Shown: positions 1 to 10,904 of the stretch, piece after piece
How the letters are laid out: the number at the start of each line of letters is the position of its first letter
Numbering within the stretch: the first letter of the stretch is position 1
From: Basidiobolus meristosporus CBS 931.73
Taxonomy: Eukaryota; Fungi; Basidiobolomycota
Direction: 5' to 3'
Assembly (NCBI GenBank): GCA_002104905.1
Contig: MCFE01000091.1
Span: 62,001-126,000, forward strand
Length of the DNA: 64,000 bases
The notes under the pieces: generated by a model
What the model saw: the letters and a program-made list of their open reading frames with translations, nothing else
What the model was told of the DNA's origin: nothing
Database searches by the model: none
Position numbers and translations under genes: made by a program

Positions 1-848
1 CTAAGGTCTGAGATTTGAATCCTTGAGGGATCCGCTTTCCCACCTGCGTAGGAGGTGCTGATAGCCTAATGAATGTATGAGGCTAGGTTCGCATTGTCCA
101 TAAAATGGCGATATCACCTACCCGAAGCTGGTGATCGTGGCAGTATTTCAAGAGGTCAACTTTCGTCTGGAGATCTTGAACACAATCTAGCACGTAATCG
201 GGCTGTCCTAAAGAATTGACGGTTGAGTTCGGTTGGATGCGAGTGTGGTTGTCGATGCTTCCTAATAAAGGGGTTTCTACCTTCGAGCATCCAAGAGGCC
301 GTATCTTTACTGAAGCTGTCGATGACTGCCTCCACCTTCGCGTGGGGTACTATCTCTCTGATATGCTTCTTCAACACAACTGCGTTGGGAATCCCAATGT
401 CCTCAACTGTGGCCAAAGCATGTTGGTTCATGGTCTCTCGGGTCACCTCACCGTGGTCGATAATCTTCACGCTCCCCACACCAGAGCGAAGTAACATAAG
501 CGCGACCCAGGAGCCGATACTTCCACAGCCGACGATCACTACCGAAGCGTTGCGCAATTTCTGCACCCCTTCCTCTCCCAGAAAGGCGATGTTTCTCGAG
601 AACTGCTCCCGCAACAAGCGGTCATCTGCTGCTGCCGCCACCGTGGCTTGGGGCAGAAGGGGGTCCTCGACGGAATACTCCTGGTAATCCTCCTTGACTT
701 CCGCCTTCAGCTTCTTCGAGATTCTCTCGGCCTGGGCTTTCTGGAGTCTCAGAAGGGTGAGCGCGGTGACCAGCGAGCTTACACCGGCCGTGAGGAGGAC
801 CTGGACCTTGTGGTCCTTGAGGAGATGGGTGAGGTTTTCAAGGTTCAT
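1..848 (-). CDS. TCD1/TCD2-like: ThiF/E1-like tRNA threonylcarbamoyladenosine dehydratase homolog (TCD1/TCD2 family), 3' end runs off the window; exons 848-281, 207-122, 65-<1
   Basis: N-terminal hydrophobic anchor (VQVLLTAGVSSLVTALTLL), then EQFSRNIAFLGEEGVQKLRNASVVIVGCGSIGSWVALMLLRSG. Removing GT-AG introns 280-208 (73 bp) and 121-66 (56 bp) restores the frame as LEG-QPDYVLDCVQDLQTKVDLLKYCHDHQLR-AISTSYAGGKADPSRIQISDL, which matches the TcdA/TCD family pattern. Confidence 0.9.
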
Positions 849-1335
849 GGGTTTCTGGACGGTAGAGGGGAGTGCGTTGATGGTGGGGATTTTTTTGGAC
901 CGCTTGATGAGGGAAAATTTCCTACGGATTATTGGATCATATTGGTCTGCTGGGATGGGAAAAAAATCCGCTGGATTTGTGGGTCAAGCACATCACCCAA
1001 GTGACTGCTTTCAGAGTTGAGAGTTGACCGGTCATTCACAGTGCTGTGTGGTTGTCCTTGGATCAGACAAAGCCGATGGAATTCGTATGGATTCATTAGT
1101 GGCTTTTATTAGAAATCGGCTGTACATTAGAGAGATGATGAATGGTGGTATTCTCTGAAAGGAGGGCTGTGGGGGTTGATGATCACGGATATATGGTGTA
1201 GGAGGTGGAGGTGGATCAACTTTCACGATTCACTTGTCATTACTTTCCAGATCCCTGTTGAGTCTGAACAAACATAGAGTCGTGAGGGGAGGGAGGGAAG
1301 TTAGTGATGCAAGCCTGAGGTCAAGCGGGTTGACT

Positions 1336-1852
1336 CTATGGTTCGTTAAGCTCTCGTAAAAAGACCGTATCATTGCGGTTGTTCGAGTGGTCAGGTGGTC
1401 GGAAGAAAGTGTCGGCCTGGAGTTTGTTTTCGAATTTTTGCGTGGGCTGGTTGGAGAAGAGAATGAGGTGAGTGCAGGAAACATGGCGGTATTGGTGCTC
1501 GATGTGGAACTACCTTTAATTTCCACTTGCGGAATATGAAGATACCTATGGCCGAGAGGACCACAACCACTCCAACCGACACTCCAGCTATGATCACGGT
1601 CTTGCTTCCGCTGCTGCTTCCACCACCGCTCCCGCCACCGCTATTGCCTTGGCCGCCGTCGTTTGAGGGGGGTTGTGGCTGTACCGGAGTTGGGTAGTCA
1701 GTTTCGGTGGCGACGATTTTTGTCACTGTGCTGCCGGCTCCAGTGGCAGTCACTATGTTTGTGCTTGTGCGGGTGCTTTGGGCAGTTGCCTGAAGACATG
1801 CGGCGAGGAGAACCAAGACAAAGTAGGTCAGAGAGGATTTTGTGTAGAGCAT
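1336..1852 (-). CDS. Small type-I membrane protein, 149 aa (signal peptide, S/T/G-rich ectodomain, one TM helix, short tail); exons 1852-1514 and 1446-1336
   Basis: Signal peptide MLYTKSSLTYFVLVLLAACLQATA, TM segment TVIIAGVSVGVVVVLSAIGIFIF followed by RKWKLK. A 67-bp GTAGTT..CCAG intron (1513-1447) joins in frame to PTQKFENKLQADTFFRPPDHSNNRNDTVFLRELNEP*. Confidence 0.85.
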
Positions 1853-2364
1853 ACTCAAACGGACGAGTGGGCAGAAAAACCGGGAACGTGAGCAAGTGGA
1901 CAAGGGGAGGCAGAAGGGGGAGAAGGAGAAGGAGAAGGAGGAGGGGAAACAGGATTTCTTTGCAAAAGTGGCGAGGCCAAAAAGTGGACGAGTTAAGGGG
2001 GAAGTATTTGGGGGGAAGGCCGACTAGGAGAATAATTATATGGAGATATGTAGGAAACGATGCCACTCATGTGCATGAAACCCATTAGCCCAAACACAAC
2101 AAGAAATTTCGTTAGGGATCAAGGAGGCTGATTATATTGGATTGGAAATGTTGGGATTCCATGTCAGACTGGCGTGGTTTCATTATCTAATGTCATCTCT
2201 GATTGTTCAGGCCCGTCACGTGGGGCTTCTATTTTTAGTATGGTGGATTGTCAGGATTGCTTCATCACACGGGCAGGATGACGCGCAGAGTACAGTCGGT
2301 CGATCTCTCGTTGGTGTTCAGGGTTTCAGGATGGTCAGAAGTGATCATTTTATTGAATTTTATT

Positions 2365-2419
2365 GATTGTTCGTGGATTGTTGGTGGATTGTTCGTGGAT
2401 TGTTCACGGATGGTTCATT
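2365..2419. repeat. 11-bp tandem repeat (GATTGTTCGTG)x5, degenerate
   Basis: Units gattgttcgtg, gattgttggtg, gattgttcgtg, gattgttcacg, gatggttcatt, just downstream of the 2455-2928 ORF. Confidence 0.8.
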
Positions 2420-2454
2420 AATTAGTGGGGATCTTCAGCAAATGACGAGCGGCA

Positions 2455-2928
2455 TTAAGAAAAGGAATCAGCAGTCAGTCGCCAAGCCTGTTGCAGCCTG
2501 GTGCTTATTATGACACTAAGAATCAGCAGTGGTGAGGAAAAGACGCTCGCCTGCCCAGCCATGTTCTGATTGGCCCTGGCGATGGATGGTCGCAGAATCC
2601 CAGTTTGCACAACACAGGATGACGCGCAAGGCGGATGCTGGCTTTTCCCTGCTAACGATCTAGATGGCCCATTCGCTGGGACCGTGGTTGGCATTGCCTT
2701 GTCCGTGACAACACCGGTGGAGAGAACCAGGATCGAAGTCGGTGAAGGCGTTGTCACGATCGGATTGGATGTGGGCGTGTATGGATCGAGGTCATCACTG
2801 GGCTCTTCGGAATCCTCTGCAGTGTCATCCTCTCCTTCTGCGGAATCGACCAGCTCTTCCTCTTGCCCCTTGACTATCACCAGGTTGACAAGGATCACGA
2901 TGTAGAGCAAGATGAGCATGAACCTCAT
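2455..2928 (-). CDS. Putative secreted or GPI-anchored low-complexity protein (157 aa)
   Basis: Signal-peptide-like start MRFMLILLYIVILVNLVIVKG, an acidic D/E tract, an S/T/P tract and a hydrophobic C-terminal patch (SPLLILSVII). CpG-rich like the other host genes. The 3' exon structure is uncertain. Confidence 0.6.
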   Translation of the reverse strand: MRFMLILLYIVILVNLVIVKGQEEELVDSAEGEDDTAEDSEEPSDDLDPYTPTSNPIVTTPSPTSILVLSTGVVTDKAMPTTVPANGPSRSLAGKSQHPPCASSCVVQTGILRPSIARANQNMAGQASVFSSPLLILSVIISTRLQQAWRLTADSFS

Positions 2929-3374
2929 CGCAACGTTTGTTTCCCAATTCTCAGCTGGGAGGCCGTAGCGTCAGGTTCGCATTTATACATCGTGGGGGGA
3001 ATGTTCCGGTTCTGAGGAGAATTCCGCATGTTTCAACCCTCGATGATGGAGCACTGTACCAGGATTCGAATCTCTCCGTCAGTTTCACGAGACCCAACTA
3101 TATACGCTCGGGATGACCGTATAGTTGCCACATGCTGTTCCTAGAAACAGGAAATGTACTCCCTACATATGGGTTGTCAGATCATCTCATGCAATTTCCT
3201 TTTATCCACCACTTCCTGCTCAACAAGTTGTTCGCACTTGTTTTACACACATGGAAAGTGTATGCTGTTAACGGATGATCGCTGGATTTCATAACTACAA
3301 GTGGTAGCATGATTCTACTTAGTTCTCATGTTATGAGGTGTTGTAAGCTTTGTAATTACACCAAAGTATTCCAT

Positions 3375-3494
3375 TGACTTGGGCGCTATTATTCCCAACT
3401 GATTCTATCTGGCATTATAATTAAATATTAGCCTCAAAGTAGAACTGACACAAAGGACTTATTGTGCCAGATGGTGTCAGTTGGGAATGATAGT
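3375..3494. mobile_element. Miniature hairpin relic of the GACTTG foldback/MITE family
   Basis: Starts tgacttg. Arms ttcccaactgattctatctggcattataa and ttattgtgccagatggtgtcagttgggaa flank a loop (ttaaatattagcctcaaagtagaactgacacaaaggac) that resembles the loop of the 10905-11529 element. The right end abuts an LTR-A fragment. Confidence 0.6.
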
Positions 3495-5361
3495 GTTGTA
3501 AGAGTTTTGGAGATATTGGAAGTGATTGGGGGAACAGGTAGATTATGTTGTTTTCTCTTGATCATCTATTTGTTGTAAAAGTTTTGGAGATATTGGAAGT
3601 GATTGGGAGAACAAGTAGATTATGTGGTGTTCACTCAATGATTTACTGAATGTAAACATAATATTTGTACTTTTACATGGTCTTGGCAAAACAAATGCAT
3701 ATAATATGTTTAGGAAGGTCCAAGGAACATGTGTGCAAAGTCTGGGGCTGTTTGGACAACTTTGAGAATTCTCATGTTCTGTGTACCTGATATTTTGGTA
3801 AGAATATTCCAAGTAAATCATGACAAGGAATTTGGTCAGTATTCTCTAAGATTTGTATGTATTGATTTAAGTGACTAAGCTAGGTGAATATTTAGGTAGA
3901 GTTACAAGCTTTCACAACACTCCCACTCAACTAAATTTTCATACTGAGTAGTCCTAATTTTGACCAAGATATTCAAGCTTGTCTCTAGCTAATGGTTTGG
4001 TAAATATGTCTGCAATCATTACATTTGTAGGACAGTAAACTAAGCTAACTAAGTTATTCTCTATAGCTTCACATATGAAATGATGTCTATATCTATGTGC
4101 ATAATTCTAGCATGAAAAGTTGCATTTCTACCTAATTATGTACATCCTGAATTATCTTGAAATAAAGTAATAGGCAATGGCATATATTCTGTGTTGTGCA
4201 TCAAAATTTAAAAACTTAGCCAATTTTACTACATAGGAAAATCTATTACCCTAACTGATTTTCCCTAACCCAAACACAACCAATCCCAGTTATAACTTAT
4301 TTTATCCTCCACTGAGTCTATTTTTAGCTGTCACACCAGATCAATTTTCATGTGGCCATTGCATTATCAGCTTATCTGCCAAGCCTTCCTAAGTGATTAG
4401 TTCTCTGAGATCTATCCAACCACTTGGCAGTTGCCAAGACATCAGCTGATTGACAATGCAATTTCATCTATCTTATGCACCTATCAACACCCAAAATTGA
4501 TTTCATTTAGCCCAGTATCATGGTGCTTACTAATTCAACTTGATCAGAAAAGTATAAGTAAAGTTTACCAAGCCTTTTGGTTTAGTGTGTGTCTCAACAA
4601 AATCAAGATTGTGTCTCAGCAAAGTTAAGAATCCAACAATTCTGTTCTAGTATCCACCCAAGCCTAGCATATCTAGCACTCCCAAGAATTCCAAGCCATG
4701 CCTGCATAGCAAACCAACTCCATTGCCTTTATAGCCAAACCCAGCTATACAACACCAATATTAGACCAGAATCTCTCTGCTAATACTTCTGCTACTCTCA
4801 GACAAATCTAAGATTTTGCACTTAATTATCCCTTTGGTTCAGTTAAACCATTCAACAGTACAATTACACCTCTCTCTTGGATACAACACTCTGCCTCTGT
4901 AATAGAAAGTGCCACAGTTGGTTGCTTTCTTGAGTTCCATGATATTGCTCCTTTACAGTAATAAAAGGTGTATACTCTGATGGATCATCTGACTTCTAAG
5001 TATTGTCCCTAATCAGCATCAGAGTATCCCACAAGATCTTGTCTTGAATCCTCACAGGTGTACCTTAAGCAGATATCAGCAGTTCCTTTTAGGTATCTAA
5101 AAATCTGCTTAACTGCTGCAATGTAATTAGATCCATAGTTCTTAATATGCTGGCTGACAACTCCCCCTGAGTATGAGATATCTGGACATGTTCCATGCAT
5201 ACTATACATCAGAATGCCAGCCTTGAATTGATAAGGAAAGTCAGGGCATTTGGGTGCCACCAAGCTCTCTTGATTTGGTTGAGTTTTGACCAAGTCAAGG
5301 TTTGTTTCCATTGGGGTAGCTGCCTGATACAGTCTTCCATTTGGCACTTCTTTTATATATC
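3494..5361 (-). mobile_element. Ty1/Copia family A, 3' fragment: RT end, RNase H, PPT, 3' LTR (3571-3919), plus a 77-bp duplicated LTR end (3494-3570)
   Basis: Minus-strand RT/RNase H peptides (MYSMHGTCPDISYSGGVVSQH..FRYLKGT..VGYSDAD; MIADIFTKPL). PPT tttagttgagtgggag lies next to a ~349-bp TG..CA LTR. Confidence 0.9.
4192..4888 (+). mobile_element. Solo LTR, family B (697 bp), inserted in Copia RNase H
   Basis: TGTTGT..ACAACA termini and a 5-bp TSD TTCTG/CTCTG. Removing it restores the Copia sequence catatactctgcctctgt. It is homologous to 44606-45302. Confidence 0.85.
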
Positions 5362-5929
5362 AGTATGTAGAAATCCAACTTTTCATGCTAGAACTAAGCA
5401 CATAGATATTAGACATCTTTTCATATGTGAAGCTGTAGAGAATAACTTAGTTAACTTGGCTTACAGTCCCACAGAAGAAATGATTGCAGACATATATACT
5501 AAACCATTAGCTAGAGACAAGTTTGAATATTTTAAGTCAAAATTGGGACTAGTCAGTATGAGCATTTAGTTAGGTGGCAGTAATGTAAGAATTTGTAATT
5601 CCACCTAAATATTCACCTGACTTGGTCACTTAGATCATTACCTTCAATTCCTAGAGAATATTGACCAAATCCCTTGTTGGGGTTTACTTGGAATATTTTC
5701 ACCAAAATTTCAGGCACCCAGAACACAAAAATTAGATAAGTAGTCCAAATAGTCCCAAACTTTGCACACATGCTCTTGGGACCATCCTAAACCTATTCAG
5801 TGTGTTTGTTACACCAAGACCATATAACAGTATAAATACTACTTTTATGTTCAACAAAGCATTGAATGAAAACTGCATAATCTACTAATCCTCCCAATCA
5901 CATCCAATATCTCCAAGACTCTTACAAGA
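5362..5929 (+). mobile_element. Ty1/Copia family A, 3' fragment (RNase H, PPT, LTR 5581-5929), opposite orientation to the preceding fragment
   Basis: RNPTFHARTKHIDIRH..EEMIADIYTKPLARDKFEYFKSKLGL*, then PPT tttagttaggtggcag and an LTR-A copy. Confidence 0.9.
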
Positions 5930-8275
5930 AGTATGCCCCAGATGTAGTTAGTCCAATTCAGCACAATAGTTTGTGTAGATATCTTCAATTTAACCTGTTC
6001 TAATAGTCAAGAGGTCTTAGAACTGGTGGAGTTACTAAGGCCTCATTAAGTAATTGCATGGCCTCTTCTTGTTCTTCACCCCCAGATAAATGGGGTATTC
6101 TTTTTCTGTAGTTGGTAAATTGGTTCTGCTATCTCAGAAAATCTTGGGATCCAGATCCTAAAGAATCCACAAGCTGCCACAAAGCCATGGGCTTGTAAAA
6201 GATTTGTGGGAGTAAGCCAGTTGCATATCTTTTGTGTCTTGGAGTCTCCAGGTGAACAACCAAAGGTGTTGCATTTTTGTCCAACAATGGATATCTCTGA
6301 TAACCAAAGCTGCATTTCTCACCACTGATAGTGAGTTCAGCTCCTTCAATGGCTCCTAATATAGCATCATTGTCTGAAATCTGGGCATAGGCAAACTTTG
6401 TTACTCCAAGCATAACCTCAATGGTATCTCAGAATTTTGGTCCTTAGATGCCTACAACATCAACAAAAACAGCATGTTTCTCAGGTATAAACTGGTACAG
6501 CACATTCACCAGCGCTCTCTGTAACTGAGCCATGGAGTTTGTAGCCCCTTGGCTGAGTCTTGTCATTCTTAACAGTCCAAATAGTGTCTGGAGTGCAAAC
6601 ATATCTCTTGATGTCTCATCTAAGAGGATCTGGCCATATCCTGAGTAGAGATCATATGCTGAGTAGATGGAGTGGCCACTAAAGCACTCTGAAAAATCAT
6701 CAATAGATGGAGGTATTGCAGCATCTCTGATAGTGACAGCATTTGCAGGTTGCATATCCTGAATGAATTGGAGCTTCCCATTCTTTTTTTGGTCACAAAC
6801 CATCTGTTAGCATAAGGTCCATGGCAAGGCTCTAGGATACCAGCATCAATCTTCTTCTGAGTAGATCATGCACATTAGCTTGGAGTCCACTGGGCAGAGG
6901 GTAAGGCTTGAATGACCAGGGTGTATGGGGCAGAGTATGAATCCTGATAGGTTCTTCAACCAATGTCTTTAAGAGCCCCATCTCCTTGTCATTATATCAG
7001 AAGACCTTATCATGCCTTTTCAAGGTTTCTTCAAATAATAATATATCCTATGGTGTTAGGTTTCCATTGGCAATAATAAGTTGCTTAAGTCTCTCAGGTG
7101 TATGTTGCATATATTCTGGTGCTTCATCTGGTGGTCTGATGTAATCAGCAGGATGAAATTCATCAGTCAAAGGTGTAAGTGATGGTCAGATCTTCTGCTC
7201 AACTTTCTTGTATTTTGTTTGAACTATGGCTGTCTGCTCCTGTATGCCTAATCAGCAGCTCCAAATGTTGAGGTGTACATTGTCAGGTTCCTCATCTTCT
7301 TCTAGGACAAGATGTGTCTTCTGGCAAGCAGTATGTGTCCTCTTATTGTTGGGTATTACACCACAGAAGGTTGACTGTAGTCCTGGGCTGTATCCTTGTA
7401 TAGTGTACCATACTGACCACTGGGAATAGTTAGTAGTTGTAGCATTAGTTCTAGTTTCCCATGGACTGCCTAGCAGAAGGTTAAAGTTTGCCTTCTGGCA
7501 GATGAAGAGGGGTAGCCAGACCTTGATTCCTTGTATCTTGATAGGGAACTTGTGCACTACACCAAATAGTGGACTAGATCCCAAATTTGCATCAGTCACA
7601 TTCCATACAATATCTCTATCAACAGGCAGCAGCTCCTTGCTTCTAAGTGTATTCCAGAAGTCTAGTGGCATAACACAAATCTCTGGGCCACTGTCAATAT
7701 GACTGTCAACAGGGTCATCATATATATATGCTTTCACCACAGCAGTTGCAACTGGGTAAAAGGTTATATCCAGCACCATTGTCAGCCTTTTTATGGTCTT
7801 CATGGCTTGTCTGAATTATATGGGTATCCATATGCTCAACAGCTTGTTGTCTTATTGTAAGCTGCTCATCAAAGGCCTTCCAAACAGACAGGGATATACT
7901 CATGATCTCTCCAACTAACAAAGTGAGGTTCTGTTTCAACAGCTACTCAGTAATCTGTTGAGGGCTTGAGTAGCTTGCTATCTTTGAGGTCATCTGAGAA
8001 CAAGGCAATGTGGGCAGCATACTAGACCTCTTGTCAATGACAACTTCAGGCTCTTCAGTTTGTGGTCTTCTGAGGATGGGTTTGACAGCTTCTTCAGTGA
8101 GGTGTCTTTTGGTAGCAAAGGCATCAACTTTGGATTGTCTGTTGTCAGGACTGGTTGGATTCACTGTATGAGTCCTAACAGGGGAGTCAACTGTAATCTT
8201 TTGGATTGCTGAGTTGGATTTCTGGAAAAGGGCTATCTTCCCTCCTCTTTGGAAATTGGTGTGGATCTTTCTTCC
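5930..8275 (-). mobile_element. Ty3/Gypsy family B pol relic (gag end, protease, RT)
   Basis: Protease HIDSGPEIC..NLLLGSPWE (7252-7803). RT KKNGKLQFIQDMQPANAVTIRDA..DLYSGYGQI..QGATNSMAQ..FVDVVGI (6444-6803). These motifs differ from the [13 protein letters not shown] Gypsy-C family. Confidence 0.85.
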
Positions 8276-9151
8276 TGTTGTAAGAGTCTTGGAGATATTG
8301 GAAGTGACTGGGAGGACAAGTAGATTATGTAGTTTTCACTTAATGATTTATTGAATGTAAAAGTAGTATTTATACTTTTACATTGTCTTGGTAAAAAAAA
8401 CACATAGAATATGTTACAAAAGGTCCCAAAAACATGTGTGCAAAGTTTGGGGCTGTTTGGACAACTGTGAGAATTTTCATTTTCTGGGTACCTGGTATTC
8501 TGGTGAAAATATCCTAAGTCAATCCCAACAAGGAATTTGGTCAGTATTTGCTAGGATTTGAAGGTGATGATCCAAGGGACAAAGTTAGGTGAATATTTAG
8601 GTGGAATTAAGAATTTCTACAACACTCCCACTCAGCTAAATCTTCATACTGACTAGTACTAATTTTGACCTAAGATCTTCAAGCTTGTCTATAGCTAGTG
8701 GACTTGTTCCATCATTCCAGCTGATCATAGTGCCCAATAGTGCCATAGCATGCCAGATGGTGCCTGATCATGCCACAGAGTGCCAGATGGTGCCATACAG
8801 TGCCAATTTGGGATCAAAATTGACATGCATATGACCCTAAAATATCAAATTAATAACAAAATATACAGCACTTTCTGGCACTATGATCAATGGCACAATG
8901 GAACAAGTCTAGTGGTTGGGTATATATGTTTGCAATTGTTTCATCTGAAGGACAGTAAACTAAGCTAACTAAGTTATTCTCTATAGCATCATGTATGAAA
9001 TGATGTCTAATATCTGTGTGCTTAGTTCTAGCATGAAAGTTAGATGTCTGCCTAATGGTAAACATCCTTGTTATCTTGAAATAAAGTAATAGGCGTTTTT
9101 TGACATAGGCCTAAATCGGTAAAAAGCTTTCTTAACCACATTGCTTCTTTT
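8276..9151 (-). mobile_element. Copia-A 3' fragment (RNase H, PPT, 3' LTR 8276-8624)
   Basis: NFHARTKHTDIRHHFIHDAIENN on the minus strand. PPT (reverse complement of ctcccactcagctaaa) is next to LTR-A. Confidence 0.9.
8700..8910. mobile_element. 211-bp MITE with GACTTGTTCCAT terminal inverted repeats and 3-bp TSD AGT
   Basis: Termini ggacttgttccat..atggaacaagtct and internal RTGCCA repeats. Removing it restores Copia gctagtggtt. A near-identical copy sits at 55593-55802. Confidence 0.9.
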
Positions 9152-9500
9152 TGTTGTAAAAATTTGTAATTCCACCTAAATATTCACCTAACTTAGTCAC
9201 TTAGATCATTACCCTTAAATCCTAGAGAATACTGACCAAATTCCTTGTCGGGATTGACTTAGGATATTTTCACCAGAATACCAGGTACCCAGAAAATGAA
9301 AATTCTCACAGTTGTCCAAACAGCCCCAAACTTTGCACACATGTTTTTGGGACCTTTTGTAACATATTCTATGTGTTTTTTTTACCAAGACAATGTAAAA
9401 GTATAAATACTACTTTTACATTCAATAAATCATTAAGTGAAAACTACATAATCTACTTGTCCTCCCAGTCACTTCCAATATCTCCAAGACTCTTACAACA
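9152..9500 (+). mobile_element. Copia-A LTR (349 bp), inverted relative to 8276-8624
   Basis: tgttgtaaaaatttg..ctcttacaaca with TATA box gtataaata and aataaa. Confidence 0.95.
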
Positions 9501-10904
9501 GGAAGAAAGATCCACACCAATTTCCAAAGAGGAGGGAAGATAGCCCTTTTCCAGAAATCCAACTCAGCAATCCAAAAGATTACAGTTGACTCCCCTGTTA
9601 GGACTCATACAGTGAATCCAACCAGTCCTGACAACAGACAATCCAAAGTTGATGCCTTTGCTACCAAAAGACACCTCACTGAAGAAGCTGTCAAACCCAT
9701 CCTCAGAAGACCACAAACTGAAGAGCCTGAAGTTGTCATTGACAAGAGGTCTAGTATGCTGCCCACATTGCCTTGTTCTCAGATGACCTCAAAGATAGCA
9801 AGCTACTCAAGCCCTCAACAGATTACTGAGTAGCTGTTGAAACAGAACCTCACTTTGTTAGTTGGAGAGATCATGAGTATATCCCTGTCTGTTTGGAAGG
9901 CCTTTGATGAGCAGCTTACAATAAGACAACAAGCTGTTGAGCATATGGATACCCATATAATTCAGACAAGCCATGAAGACCATAAAAAGACTGACAATGG
10001 TGCTGGATATAACCTTTTACCCAGTTGCAACTGCTGTGGTGAAAGCATATATATATGATGACCCTGTTGACAGTCATATTGACAGTGGCCCAGAGATTTG
10101 TGTTATGCCACTAGACTTCTGGAAGATACTTAGAAGCAAGGAGCTGCTGCCTGTTGATAGAGATAGTAGTGACTTCAGCAGAGCCATTAATATTGAGGTA
10201 TAGCCTTTGCAGTTGTTCAGCAAGTTGGTCAATTCTGTTGGTAGTAAATGTTTGCTTGTCAGCAACAGCCTCCTTGACTCCTTGGTCAACTGGTCTGGCA
10301 GATTATACTTCAAGAGTCTCATAGAGGTGGAAGTCTGCTCTGCCCCTAGGAGAACATGTTTCATCTCTGCAAAGCAGGGAATGCCAGACTTGTTATCCTT
10401 GGCTGCATGTAGGTCAAATTTCTTTGCCAAGTCCTGGGGAAGTCCTTGTGTAAGGTAACATATGAAGGTAGGCTCAGTTAGAGCCTGTGAGTCTAGGAGT
10501 GGCTCAACTATGTCTTTATATTGTTGAGTGAACTCTTCATGTGGTAGCTTGGAAAGTCCAGTCCTTCCAAAGTGTCTCAGGTCTTCAATTCCATAGTATA
10601 AATGTTGTAAAAAATTTGTATTTCCACCTAAATATTCACCTAACTTAGTCACTTAGATCATTACCTTCATATCTTAGAGAATACTGACCAAATTCCTAGT
10701 CAGGATCTACTTAGAATATTTTCACCAAAATATCAGGTACCCCAAACATGAAAATTCTCAAAGTTGTCCAAACAGCCCCAAACTTTACACACATGTTCTT
10801 GGGACCTTCCTTAACATATTCTACGTGTTTGATATGCCAAGATGATGTAAAAGTATAAATAGTACTTTTACATTCAATAAATCATTAAGTGAAAACTACA
10901 TAAT

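Larger units (their letters stand above)
7611..10165. repeat. Large inverted duplication: arms 7611-8624 and 9152-10165, spacer 527 bp
   Basis: ORFs 7943-8164(-) and 9612-9833(+) are identical, and 7718-7939(-) and 9837-10058(+) differ by one residue. Position x pairs with 17776-x. Confidence 0.95.

Noticed and set aside
216-1020. Plus-strand ORFs 216-494, 223-687, 648-1004 and 694-1020
   Set aside because: They are antisense shadows of the TCD-like gene and have no recognisable motifs.
1663-2088. ORFs with poly-Arg (1663-2088 +) and poly-Leu (1698-2066 -) tracts
   Set aside because: Both come from the (GAAGGA)n purine tract at ~1905-1945 upstream of the membrane-protein gene. They are not a credible protein or signal peptide.
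8750-8820. Short regularly repeated gtgcca units resembling a CRISPR-like array
   Set aside because: The repeats are only 6 bp and irregularly spaced, the genome is eukaryotic and there are no cas genes. They are MITE subterminal motifs.
8696-8914. A 5-bp TAGTG TSD reading for the short MITE
   Set aside because: It fits this copy only. The 3-bp A-N-T reading fits all three intact copies (AGT, AAT, ATT).
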